Shown piece after piece: positions 9,194 to 18,307 of a stretch of 60,895 nucleotides of DNA. The stretch is taken from contig JAZSME010000070.1 of the NCBI GenBank assembly GCA_045535715.1, forward strand, positions 1 through 60,895, in the 5' to 3' direction. This DNA is from Ruminococcus sp. GTDB lineage: Bacteria > Bacillota > Clostridia > Oscillospirales > Acutalibacteraceae. The first letter of the stretch is position 1; each line of letters starts with the position of its first letter. Under the pieces are notes generated by a model. That model worked only from the letters and a program-made list of their open reading frames with translations. It did no database searches and was not told the DNA's origin. The position numbers and the translations under genes were made by a program.

Positions 9194-9811
9194 ATGGAAA
9201 ACATCAAAAACGTTATTGCGGAAAACATCACAAAGCTTCGTACCGCAAACTCCATGACACAGCTTGAACTGGCTCAGAAACTGAATTATTCCGATAAAGC
9301 CGTCTCGAAATGGGAACGCGGTGAGTCCATCCCCGACGTTACGGTTTTACTTACTATCGCCAATATGTTCGGCGTTACCCTTGACTATCTTGTGAAGCCT
9401 CACGTTGTAACGGACACTTCTCATCTGAAGCTTTCAAACCGCACCAAAGTCAAGAATCACGCCTTCATCACAGGGATGAGTATGCTGGTAGTGTGGCTTG
9501 TTGCCACTCTCGTGTACGTAATTCTGGCTCTACTGCCGGTAGATATCAGGGGAGAATGGCTACCTTTCCTCTATGCCGTCCCCGCAACCATGATTGTGTG
9601 GCTGGTTTTCAACTCAATCTGGTTTAACCGTCACCGCAATTTTCTCATTGTATCCTTGCTTATGTGGAGCTGTCTCGCAGCCTTCCAGCTCACCTTCCTT
9701 GTCTTTTCCATTCACATCTGGCTTGTGTATCTTCTGGGAATTCCCGGACAGATCATCATCCTTATGTGGTCGAATATAAGACTTAAGGAAAGCAAAAAGA
9801 AATCTGCCTGA
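9194..9811 (+). CDS. XRE-family HTH regulator with C-terminal transmembrane segments
   Basis: LRTANSMTQLELAQKLNYSDKAVSKWERGESIPD HTH followed by ~4 TM helices; start moved to ATG 9194 behind GAGGAG. Confidence 0.88.
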   Translation: MENIKNVIAENITKLRTANSMTQLELAQKLNYSDKAVSKWERGESIPDVTVLLTIANMFGVTLDYLVKPHVVTDTSHLKLSNRTKVKNHAFITGMSMLVVWLVATLVYVILALLPVDIRGEWLPFLYAVPATMIVWLVFNSIWFNRHRNFLIVSLLMWSCLAAFQLTFLVFSIHIWLVYLLGIPGQIIILMWSNIRLKESKKKSA

Positions 9812-9900
9812 GATCATTTCTGATTATCGGGAAAATGATTTTGGATTTATCAGGCTCTTTAGAAAACAAAAGTGTTTTTAAAAGCACCCGTAAAAGCACC

Positions 9901-9929
9901 AAAGCACCTGCCGATGTGGGTGCTTTTTT
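9901..9929 (+). terminator. Intrinsic terminator after XRE gene
   Basis: AAAGCACC...GGTGCTTT stem plus T tract. Confidence 0.65.
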
Positions 9930-10090
9930 GTTTTCAGTCCTTTTCTCAAAAGGATAAAACTCTGTAAAAATCCATCAGGAGAAAATATATTGAGAGAAAA
10001 TGTATCGGGAGAAATGTGACAACATTTTAAAAAAAGTCCTCTGCTCGAAAAAGAGCTCCACTGCTTTATTTATCCCCTCTTCTCTTAGAG

Positions 10091-10127
10091 AAAACAAAAA
10101 TGCCCCCGACTTTCATCAGGGGCATTT
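10091..10127 (-). terminator. Intrinsic terminator downstream of queT
   Basis: Minus strand ATGCCCCTGATGAAAGTCGGGGGCAT followed by TTTTGTTTT. Confidence 0.7.
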
Positions 10128-10212
10128 CGCAACAAGATTCATTTGAGATTATGGTAGGGACAGCCTAAACTAAAAGCCTTCCTATGCGGTGGTTTTCTCT
10201 CAGAAAAACCTT

Positions 10213-10749
10213 TCAGTTTTTATCTCTGAATATGGGAAGTTTCTTCACCACAAGGTAGAAGGGTATGCCTGCAATCACGCAAGCCACAAACTCACCGATT
10301 GCCACAAAGGTTGCCTGAGTCAGAAATCCCACGAAGGTAAAGTCCCCCTCGATAAAGAAAATCTCCAGCTCAAGTCCGATGATCACCGCGTTAAAAAGAA
10401 CGGGCATCAGAAGTGACAAAAGAGGTACCGAGAAAACCTCGGTCTTTCTCAGCTTGTAGGCACAAATTGCTGCCATCAGGGTGGCGAAGCTTCCGATAAT
10501 AACGTCAAGGGGCATTGCTCCCATTGTGAGGAGGTTTGCCACAAGACAGCCGATACTGAGCCCCGGTATTGCCGCAGGAGTCAATGCCGCAAGAGTACAA
10601 AGAAGCTCCGAGAGACGAATCTGTATCACTCCCGAAGCAGAGCCTCTGAGTATCATTTCCTGCAAAAAAGTGGTGGCAATGTAGAGAGCTGCAATCATGG
10701 ACGCCTCCACCATATAGAGGGTGCCTTTTGCTTTCTTGCTTGTTTTCAT
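10213..10749 (-). CDS. queT: QueT family queuosine-precursor transporter (ECF S-component type)
   Basis: AMIAALY-like start, QIRLSELL, AIPGLSIGCLVAN, DVIIGSFAT and IGEF; preQ1 riboswitch immediately upstream. Confidence 0.9.
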   Translation of the reverse strand: MKTSKKAKGTLYMVEASMIAALYIATTFLQEMILRGSASGVIQIRLSELLCTLAALTPAAIPGLSIGCLVANLLTMGAMPLDVIIGSFATLMAAICAYKLRKTEVFSVPLLSLLMPVLFNAVIIGLELEIFFIEGDFTFVGFLTQATFVAIGEFVACVIAGIPFYLVVKKLPIFRDKN

Positions 10750-10758
10750 ATTAAGTTC

Positions 10759-10808
10759 CTTTCGTAGTTTTTTTCAGGTTTCCCCTGTCAGGATTTTGCG
10801 AACTGACA
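10759..10808 (-). promoter_or_regulatory. preQ1 class I riboswitch (translational)
   Basis: Minus strand TGTCAG-TTCGCAAAATC-CTGACA stem-loop, then A-rich tail AAAAAAACTACGAAAGGA. Loop TTCG is complementary to CGAA next to the SD. Lies upstream of queT. Confidence 0.8.
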
Positions 10809-10862
10809 TTCTGTTTTTCACAGACAAGATGTATTCTATACCAAACCGAGAGAAAAATCAAG

Positions 10863-10901
10863 AAAAAAACACGGCTATCCGAAGATAACCGTGCTTTTTT
10901 T
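10863..10901 (-). terminator. Intrinsic terminator after 10952..11215
   Basis: CACGG(C)TATC/GATA(A)CCGTG stem with A and T tracts on both sides. Confidence 0.7.
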
Positions 10902-10951
10902 GTGTAGGAAAATTTAAATGAATTCAAACTGAACTTGTTATCAAGTGAGAA

Positions 10952-11215
10952 TCAGGCACTCTTTGTGCCAATTTCGCCGTACAGACCGAATCTGAACAGC
11001 TTGCTTTCGTCATCGATGTTGTCGCAAAGCAGATATGCTTCAGCGATTTTTCCGCCTTCGATCAGCCGAGTTAAGCCGACGAGCTGACAAAGCTTGCTTT
11101 TTAAGTTGAGGTGGTCACCCTCACGGGTTACAAGATATACATTGCCCTTGCAAGTGTCAAGCACGGCGAGGAATTTATCTACATCAATGTTGTGCAGGCT
11201 GATGACTGTTGTCAT
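10952..11215 (-). CDS. Small conserved clostridial protein, possibly HPr-like fold (87 aa)
   Basis: DKFLAVLDTCKGNVYLVTREGDHLNLKSKL resembles HPr-like small proteins (the xKS motif); strong AAGGAGGAG RBS. Confidence 0.7.
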   Translation of the reverse strand: MTTVISLHNIDVDKFLAVLDTCKGNVYLVTREGDHLNLKSKLCQLVGLTRLIEGGKIAEAYLLCDNIDDESKLFRFGLYGEIGTKSA

Positions 11216-11330
11216 ACTTACTCCTCCTTTAATAAATATTATTTTTTCGTGCTGCCATTTACCATTTGGCTTTCGTATAAACCTCGGGGATATTTTCCCG
11301 AAGATCAGGTGGACTTTACCTGATGGTTAC

Positions 11331-11359
11331 ATTATAGCCTCTGTTTTCGTTATTGTCAA
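11331..11359 (-). promoter_or_regulatory. Consensus sigma-A promoter
   Basis: Perfect TTGACA-N17-TATAAT on the minus strand. Confidence 0.8.
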
Positions 11360-11632
11360 CAACTATCCTGCTTTTCGGTTGTGCATTTTTACCTTTTGAA
11401 AACAACTTTTGACAATTATCGCATCATTTTTCTGTGCAGTATTACCAATGCGAAATTTGTCGCCCCAGTCACTTCTCCTTCCAAACAGGTAATAATGACC
11501 GATTTTTTTGACGGCGCAACAATTTTTTGCTCAATTTCTCCAAATTTTAAAATCTCACTTTTTTATTTCAGTTGTTTTCAGGGGATTTATGTAGTATAAT
11601 GTGGGTATATTATCAGATTTGGAGGAATATTT

Positions 11633-13135
11633 ATGCTTTCAGACTTCTATAAACAATTCAAAAGCGGAACCGACATCAGAGGTGTTGCATCCGATGGTGT
11701 TGAGGGTGAAGCTCTCAATATGACTGACGAGGCTGTTAAAGCCATGGCAGGAGGCTTTGCCTCTTGGCTTTCAGAAAAGGTGCAGAAGGACGCAAAAGAC
11801 CTTACTGTTTCCGTAGGCAGAGACAGCCGAATCTCAGGCGAGAGAATCCTTACGGCTGTGTCCGAGACCCTCAGAAGCTTCGGCATCAGGGTAATCAACT
11901 GCGACCTTGCTTCCACTCCCTCAATGTTTATGACCACTGTTGATCTTGCTTGTGACGGTGCTGTGCAGATTACCGCAAGCCACCATCCCTTCAACAGAAA
12001 CGGTCTTAAGTTCTTCACCCGATCAGGCGGTCTTGAGGGCTCTGACATCACCGCAATTCTCACTAACGCCTCCGAGGAAAACTTCCCCGACAGAGCTCAG
12101 GGCGGTGTAATTGAAAATGTAAACTACATGGAGCAGTATGCAAAGAATCTCTGCGAGCAGATAAAGCGCGAGGTTAACGCTGAGGACTACGAGCTCCCTC
12201 TCAAGGGCTTTAAGATCTGCGTTGACGCAGGTAACGGCGTAGGCGGATTCTACGCAGACAAGGTGCTCTCTCCTCTCGGTGCTGACACCGCAGGCTCCAG
12301 ATACCTTGACCCCGACGGTATGTTCCCCAACCACGTTCCCAACCCCGAGAGCCCCGTTGCCATGAAGGCAATTTCCGAGGCAGTTCTCGAGGCTTCCGCT
12401 GACCTTGGTGTTATCTTTGACACCGACGTTGACAGAGGTGCTGTCGTTGACTCAAAGGGAAATGAAATCAACAGAAACCGTCTTGTTGCCCTTGCCAGTG
12501 CCATTGCTCTTGAGGGCTGTGAAGGCGGCACCATCGTTACCGACTCCATCACCTCCGACGGACTCAAGGAGTTCATCGAGGAGAACCTCTCAGGCAAGCA
12601 CTACCGATACAGAAGAGGCTACAAGAACGTTATCGACAAGGCAATCGAGCTGAATGCTCAGGGCATCCCCTGTCCCCTTGCTATCGAGACCTCAGGTCAC
12701 GCAGCAATGAAGGAGAACTATTTCCTTGATGACGGCGCTTATCTCTGCACCAAAATCATCATCAAAGCCGCTCAGCTGAGAAAAGAGGGCAAGGACATTT
12801 CCGACCTCATCAGCACCCTTAAAGAAGCTAAAGAGGAAAAGGAGATCCGCATTAAGATCCTCGAAGAGGACTTCCGCGCCTGCGGAGAGAGAGTTATCGG
12901 CGATCTTCTCAAGTACGCCGAAACTCAAAAAGGCTGGGCAATTGCTCCCGACAACCGCGAGGGTGTGAGAGTTTCTTTCTCAGAGGGAAACGGCGACGGC
13001 TGGTTCCTGCTTCGCCTTTCCGTTCACGATCCCATAATGCCCCTTAATATTGAAAGTAACGTTTCCGGCGGAGGCGAGATTATCCTCTCTAAGCTTATGA
13101 CCTTCCTTAGGACAACCGAGGGTCTCGACATCTGA
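11633..13135 (+). CDS. Phosphomannomutase/phosphoglucomutase
   Basis: SGTDIRG, TASHHP (phosphoserine), DTDVDR (metal loop) and ETSGH. Confidence 0.93.
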   Translation: MLSDFYKQFKSGTDIRGVASDGVEGEALNMTDEAVKAMAGGFASWLSEKVQKDAKDLTVSVGRDSRISGERILTAVSETLRSFGIRVINCDLASTPSMFMTTVDLACDGAVQITASHHPFNRNGLKFFTRSGGLEGSDITAILTNASEENFPDRAQGGVIENVNYMEQYAKNLCEQIKREVNAEDYELPLKGFKICVDAGNGVGGFYADKVLSPLGADTAGSRYLDPDGMFPNHVPNPESPVAMKAISEAVLEASADLGVIFDTDVDRGAVVDSKGNEINRNRLVALASAIALEGCEGGTIVTDSITSDGLKEFIEENLSGKHYRYRRGYKNVIDKAIELNAQGIPCPLAIETSGHAAMKENYFLDDGAYLCTKIIIKAAQLRKEGKDISDLISTLKEAKEEKEIRIKILEEDFRACGERVIGDLLKYAETQKGWAIAPDNREGVRVSFSEGNGDGWFLLRLSVHDPIMPLNIESNVSGGGEIILSKLMTFLRTTEGLDI

Positions 13136-13186
13136 TAAAACTTTTTAGTTTATTCTGCGAAATTTATTTTTATCGGAGGTTATGTT

Positions 13187-13921
13187 ATGAAAAGATTTCT
13201 TTCTGTTATCCTTGCACTTCTGATGCTCCTCTCCCTTGGTGCCTGCGCGCAGAAGAGAACTTCCAAAAAAGCACGCTCAAGGGGTGGTGCCACCGCCACA
13301 GAAACATCTACTACCACAGAAACATCCACGAACACCGAAGCAACAACCCCCACCGAGGGCGAGCACACAGCTCCCACTCACTCATCTTCTCAGAGTGACG
13401 AGATTGCCTTCGGCACCCTCACCGGCAACTCCTACGAAAACGAGTATTTCGGCTTCGGAATAAATATTCCTTCCGGTTGGGACAGAGATTCCCTTGAGGA
13501 GATGGCGGAAAAAAACTCTGTTGACACCTACACTCTGAAAAATGATATAGCATCCATTATTGCCGATAATGGCTATGTCAATGCATTTTATGCTGAGGAG
13601 AGTGCAACATCAAACACCATTATGATCAGCTTCTGGGAAAGCAACGGCTTTAGTGAGGATGAACATCTCGACAATCTTCTCGAAGCATATATTGAGACAG
13701 CAGAGGAGTTTGACTATGAAATTGTGGAAACTCAGTCGGACACCGTAGTTGTTGACGGCAGAGAACTTAATTATATCGGAATCACCAATGAAAGTGGCGA
13801 TGATTCTCTGACCATGGTGGCATTCTGCATTGTAAACGGCGACTATATGACCTATATTGAGTTCGGTGCCAAGGACATTGACGCCTTCGGAACAGTCGGC
13901 GAATACCTCTACACACTTTAA
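13187..13921 (+). CDS. Lipoprotein, paralogue 1 of 3
   Basis: Signal peptide with lipobox LGAC, T/E-rich linker, YENEYFGFG motif. Confidence 0.85.
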   Translation: MKRFLSVILALLMLLSLGACAQKRTSKKARSRGGATATETSTTTETSTNTEATTPTEGEHTAPTHSSSQSDEIAFGTLTGNSYENEYFGFGINIPSGWDRDSLEEMAEKNSVDTYTLKNDIASIIADNGYVNAFYAEESATSNTIMISFWESNGFSEDEHLDNLLEAYIETAEEFDYEIVETQSDTVVVDGRELNYIGITNESGDDSLTMVAFCIVNGDYMTYIEFGAKDIDAFGTVGEYLYTL

Positions 13922-13954
13922 AAAACCAAAGCATTTTAGAAAGGAAGACTTTTT

Positions 13955-14683
13955 ATGAAAAAATTTCTCTCTATTATTCTTGCACTTCTGATGCTCCTCT
14001 CCCTTGGTGCCTGCACAGGAAACAACAAAAGCAAAAAGTCAGGCGGCACTTCAAAGAACGAAGCAACCACCGAGGAAATCACCTTGGGCGCAAGCGAGCC
14101 CACAACCCCTGCTGAGCCCGTTACCCTTACCCCCAATAACACTCAGGATGTATCCTTGGGTGTTATCGGTGACACCTACTACGAAAACGAGTACTTCGGC
14201 TTCGGAGTCTCTGTTCCCTCTGATTGGGAGGTTGAGACCTCATCCCACGTGGCAGAGCTCAACTCTGTGTCCCTTGAGGACTTTGAGGGTGACGCAGACA
14301 CTCTTCTGAGTTCAAAGGACTTCGTATACACCTTCAAGGCATTGGACCCCGTCAATAACAACAACGTTTCAGTAAGCGTTGAAAGTCTCAAAGCAAAGGG
14401 CGCTTCAGGTCTCTCCGCTGAGGAGTATCTCAAGAACGTTGCCATGGGTTACATCAGCACTATGGAAGGCTACGGTGTAACCGACATTGAGAAGGAAGTA
14501 GACACCGTTGAGATTTCAGGACAGCTCTATGACTACTGCGCACTTGAGTGCGAAGTAAGCGGAGTTAAGCTTATCACCATCGTCTTTGCCTTTGCCACCG
14601 AGGATTACGTGGCTTCATCCTCCTTCACCATCTATGATTCGGAGGACTTCGGATACCTTGATGACTACATCTTCAGTGTCTGA
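13955..14683 (+). CDS. Lipoprotein, paralogue 2 of 3
   Basis: Lipobox LGAC, linker, YENEYFGFGVSVPSDW. Confidence 0.85.
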   Translation: MKKFLSIILALLMLLSLGACTGNNKSKKSGGTSKNEATTEEITLGASEPTTPAEPVTLTPNNTQDVSLGVIGDTYYENEYFGFGVSVPSDWEVETSSHVAELNSVSLEDFEGDADTLLSSKDFVYTFKALDPVNNNNVSVSVESLKAKGASGLSAEEYLKNVAMGYISTMEGYGVTDIEKEVDTVEISGQLYDYCALECEVSGVKLITIVFAFATEDYVASSSFTIYDSEDFGYLDDYIFSV

Positions 14684-14749
14684 TAAAAACATAAAAAAGA
14701 GAACGGTCTCCGCTCTCTCTAAATATTATTTTTCTTAGGAGGAAAAATT

Positions 14750-15478
14750 ATGAAAAGATTTTTAGCACTGGCACTTACCATCCTTCTTGTGCTCTCCCTT
14801 GCTGCTTGCGGCGAAGAGAAGAGAACAAGCAAAAAAGATAACACTGCCGCAACTCAGGCTCAGACAGAGCCCACAAACGCTATCATCGGCGATCCCGAAA
14901 GACCCACTCTGGCACCCTCAACTCCCGCCACAAACAGCGACGAGATTTCCTTCGGTGATTACAGCAGCACTCACTACGAGAACGAATACTTCGGCTTCGG
15001 CGTACAGGTTCCCTCCGACTGGACATCTGACAATACCGCAAGCCTTGCTTCTCAGTGCGGTACCACCGAGGACAAGCTTCTCAATGACTTTGAGAATCAG
15101 TTAAAGGACAGCCAGACAACCTACACCTTCAAGTCCATTGACAACACCACAGGCAACAATGTAAACGTCATCATCGAGAATCTTGCAAAGACCAACAACA
15201 GCGGTCTCGGCGGTAAGGAGTATCTCGAGCTTGTTGAGAGCCAGCTCTCTTCTTACTATGAGTCCATCGGCGCTACTGATGTTGAGATGGAAATCACAAC
15301 ATGGGATTTCAACGGCGTTGACTTCGACACAATCGAGATTTCCTGCATGCTTGGTGACATCGAGCTTCAGCAGCTTCAGCTCGTTGCTCCTGCAGGCGAC
15401 TACATGGCAGTAATAACCTTCACAGTTACTGACATGGATAAGTTCGGCTACATTGACGATTACTTCTACGCAGTCTGA
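14750..15478 (+). CDS. Lipoprotein, paralogue 3 of 3
   Basis: Lipobox LAAC, linker, YENEYFGFGVQVPSDW; AGGAGG RBS. Confidence 0.85.
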   Translation: MKRFLALALTILLVLSLAACGEEKRTSKKDNTAATQAQTEPTNAIIGDPERPTLAPSTPATNSDEISFGDYSSTHYENEYFGFGVQVPSDWTSDNTASLASQCGTTEDKLLNDFENQLKDSQTTYTFKSIDNTTGNNVNVIIENLAKTNNSGLGGKEYLELVESQLSSYYESIGATDVEMEITTWDFNGVDFDTIEISCMLGDIELQQLQLVAPAGDYMAVITFTVTDMDKFGYIDDYFYAV

Positions 15479-15485
15479 TATTTTT

Positions 15486-15528
15486 AAAAAAACAATGCAC
15501 ACCCTACCTTGGGTGTGCATTTTCTTTT
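15486..15528. terminator. Bidirectional intrinsic terminator
   Basis: AATGCACACCC/GGGTGTGCATT stem between convergent genes. Confidence 0.8.
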
Positions 15529-15543
15529 GCATATAGTTTATTT

Positions 15544-16206
15544 TCAGCAGGTCATCTTTTCTCTGAGAAAGAGGAGAATCTTTTTCTCCCGTCGGCTCAC
15601 CTGCACCTGAGACATACCGAGAAGCTCTGCAGTATCGGTCTGAGTTTTCTCAGAAAAATACCGAAGAGTAATCAGCTCCCTGTCCCTTGGGGGTAGCTCA
15701 TCAAGAAGAGCCCACAGAGTAAGTCTCTCAGAGATCTTCTCCTCTTCAGAAGAAATGGGAATATCAAAGCTCTCGTCCTCATCCTCTGCGCCTTTTGTCA
15801 GCGACAAGGGATGAAGGGAAGCAGAGAGCGCCTCGGAAAGCTCCTCCTTCGAAACCGAGAGAAGCTCGGAAAGCTCCAAAACCGTAGGCTCCCGAAGGAA
15901 TCTTCTCTCGAACTCCTCCCTCGCCTTTTCTGCTCTGAGGCTCAGCTCCCTGAGACTTCTGCTTACCTTAAGGCTGCCGCCGTCACGGAATATCCGCTTG
16001 ATTTCTCCTAAAATTACCGTAACGGCATAGGTGGAGAACTTAAAGCCCAGACTTTCGTCAAAGCGGTCTGCCGCTTTTATGAGTCCGATGGTGCCGCAGG
16101 AGCAGAGCTCCTCGTACTCCACTCCCTTACCTGAAAACTTCCTTGCGCAGGCGTGGACAAGCCCCAGATTTTCGCAGATAAGCTCATCACGGTCTCTCAT
16201 TGGCAT
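15544..16206 (-). CDS. sigF: Sporulation sigma factor SigF (SpoIIAC)
   Basis: NLGLVH, GLIKAADRFD, FSTYAV, GEIKRIFRD and MSQVQVSRREKK; third gene of the spoIIA operon. Confidence 0.88.
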   Translation of the reverse strand: MPMRDRDELICENLGLVHACARKFSGKGVEYEELCSCGTIGLIKAADRFDESLGFKFSTYAVTVILGEIKRIFRDGGSLKVSRSLRELSLRAEKAREEFERRFLREPTVLELSELLSVSKEELSEALSASLHPLSLTKGAEDEDESFDIPISSEEEKISERLTLWALLDELPPRDRELITLRYFSEKTQTDTAELLGMSQVQVSRREKKILLFLREKMTC

Positions 16207-16633
16207 ATCTTGGGGAGATGGTTTTCTCCATTATGACGGTGGTTCCCTTGCCCTCTTTCGATAAGACCCTCACCTTGTCCATAAAGCCCTGCATCACAGT
16301 GAATCCAAGACCTGCGCGGTCATCCTCCCCTGTGGTGAAAAGGGGCTCCATTGCTTTTTTGATGTCGGGAATGCCCACACCCTTGTCCCTGATTCTGATG
16401 ATGACCTTCCCCTGTGAGGTGATTTTTGCGTTTATGTAAATTTTCCCCAAGGTGTCCTTGTAGCCGTGGACGATGGAATTTGTCACCGCTTCGGAGACCG
16501 CAAGCTTTATGTCGGACATCTCGCTGACGGTGGGATCAAGGCACATCAGAAACGCACAGACCGCACTCCTTGAGAAGCTTTCGCTCACACTCTTTGAAAG
16601 AAAGCTCAGGTTCATTTCGTTCTCAATATTCAC
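16187..16633 (-). CDS. spoIIAB: Anti-sigma F factor SpoIIAB
   Basis: AVSEAVTNSIVHGY, DKGVGI, PLFTT and RAGLGFTVM (GHKL); GTG start. Confidence 0.93.
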   Translation of the reverse strand: MNIENEMNLSFLSKSVSESFSRSAVCAFLMCLDPTVSEMSDIKLAVSEAVTNSIVHGYKDTLGKIYINAKITSQGKVIIRIRDKGVGIPDIKKAMEPLFTTGEDDRAGLGFTVMQGFMDKVRVLSKEGKGTTVIMEKTISPRYANERP

Positions 16634-16932
16634 CTTATCACCCCCAGCGCCGAAAGTCCTGAAATTTTAAACATCTTATTGAGATGAGGAGGAATTCCCA
16701 CTACCTCCAATTTGCCTCCCAAAAGGGTCATCTGACGGTATCTGCCCATTACAAGCCCCACTCCCGAGGAGTCCATAAACTTCACCTGAGAAAAATCAAG
16801 ACGCAAAAGTTTCGGTCTGAGTGCCTCTGTTTTTCTGTCCGTTTCCTCCCTGATTTTCCTGCAGAAATGATGGTCAAGCTCGCCTTTGAGCTTTACTGTC
16901 ATCACGTCTTTTTCGCAACTTATCTCTGTCAT
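16630..16932 (-). CDS. spoIIAA: Anti-anti-sigma F factor SpoIIAA
   Basis: GELDHH and FMDSSGVGLVMGRY STAS motifs. Confidence 0.93.
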   Translation of the reverse strand: MTEISCEKDVMTVKLKGELDHHFCRKIREETDRKTEALRPKLLRLDFSQVKFMDSSGVGLVMGRYRQMTLLGGKLEVVGIPPHLNKMFKISGLSALGVIR

Positions 16933-16949
16933 TTTTTACACTTCCTCAA

Positions 16950-16996
16950 AAAAAATAAGCCTATACTCATTTTATAGAGTATAGGCATAATTTTTT
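16950..16996 (-). terminator. Hairpin/terminator between folC and spoIIAA
   Basis: GCCTATACTC/GAGTATAGGC 10-bp stem, T tract on the minus strand. Confidence 0.6.
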
Positions 16997-17020
16997 GTTT
17001 TATTCACCCGTCGGAAAATT

Positions 17021-18307
17021 TTATTTTCTGAGGCTTTGAAGGATAAGGGGTCGGATTTCCCCTGCAAGGTAGAGTGATCCGCAGACAAAGAGAGGAAGCT
17101 TTTTGCTCTCTGCTTCGAGGAGGGCTTTTTCCAAGGCTTCATTTACGCTCTGAGTCACTGTTACATTTTCAAAATGCTCCCTTGCCAGCTCTCCCATCTC
17201 CTGAGAGCTCAGGGCTCTCGGGTTATTTATGGGCACAGTGTAGACGGTGGTGAACATTCCGTCAAGAAGCTCTAGTGAACCGCGGCTGTCCTTATCTCTG
17301 AGCATTCCCATAATGAGAACGCCCTTTCCCTTTGAAAGCTCTCTGACGCTCTTTGCGAAGGTCTCCATACCATCCTTGTTGTGAGCGCCGTCAAGGATAA
17401 TCAGAGGATTTTCCGAAAGCACCTCAAGGCGGGCAGGGTTTCTTGCGTCAAAGAGACCCTGTTTCAAGGTCTCAGAGGTGATATTCTCGAAGCCTTTGTC
17501 TCTGAGTATTTCAAGGGTGGCTATTGCCGAGGCGGCATTCTGAAGCTGATGCTCACCTGTAAGGTGGATAGTGAACTTCTCGCCCTTATAGGTAAACTCA
17601 GAAGAGGAAAGCGAAAGCCTCTGCTCACTGAAACTTTCTTTGCTTGCAAGGGTCAAGGGTACAGAGAGCTCCTTGCAGGTTTTCTCAATAACCGAGAGCG
17701 CCTCGGAAGGTTGCTCTGAGGTCACAACCGCAGAGCCTTCCTTGATAATACCGCATTTCTCCTTTGCGATAAGCTCAATTGTGTCGCCGAGTATATCGGT
17801 GTGATCAAGTCCGATTCGGGTAAGCACCGCGCAAAGAGGCGCCTTTATCACGTTGGTGCAGTCAAGTCTGCCGCCAAGTCCCGTCTCGAAAACCACCACG
17901 TCCACTTTTTCCCTTTTGTAAAATTCAAGGGCTACCGCCATCACAAATTCAAACTCTGTGATGATGATTCCGTCGCGGTATAGTATTTCCAGAAAAGAAA
18001 AAACATACTCCGAAACCTCTGCCAGCTTTTCTCTCTCAATGGGAATGTGGTTTATCTGAATTCTCTCAGTGAAATCGGTGATATAGGGTGAGACGAAGAG
18101 TCCTGTTTTGTAGCCTGATGCTCTCAGCACCGAGGACACCATCTGACAGACAGAGCCTTTTCCGTTGGTGCCTGCCACGTGGACAAACTTAAGTTCATCC
18201 TGAGGATTTCCCAGCTTTTCAAGCAGCAGACAGATCCTCTCAAGTCCCGGTCGGGAGCCGAACTTGTTGAGTGAATGTATTTTATTTAGCGCTTCACAGT
18301 AGTCCAT
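17021..18307 (-). CDS. folC: Folylpolyglutamate synthase/dihydrofolate synthase
   Basis: HVAGTNGKGS, ETGLGGRLDCTN, DGAHN and GSLYL. Confidence 0.95.
   Translation of the reverse strand: MDYCEALNKIHSLNKFGSRPGLERICLLLEKLGNPQDELKFVHVAGTNGKGSVCQMVSSVLRASGYKTGLFVSPYITDFTERIQINHIPIEREKLAEVSEYVFSFLEILYRDGIIITEFEFVMAVALEFYKREKVDVVVFETGLGGRLDCTNVIKAPLCAVLTRIGLDHTDILGDTIELIAKEKCGIIKEGSAVVTSEQPSEALSVIEKTCKELSVPLTLASKESFSEQRLSLSSSEFTYKGEKFTIHLTGEHQLQNAASAIATLEILRDKGFENITSETLKQGLFDARNPARLEVLSENPLIILDGAHNKDGMETFAKSVRELSKGKGVLIMGMLRDKDSRGSLELLDGMFTTVYTVPINNPRALSSQEMGELAREHFENVTVTQSVNEALEKALLEAESKKLPLFVCGSLYLAGEIRPLILQSLRK

Noticed and set aside
10105-10130. Hammerhead ribozyme suggested by CTGATGA and GAAA on the minus strand
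   Set aside because: The required stems and core order cannot be built, and the motif lies within a terminator hairpin.
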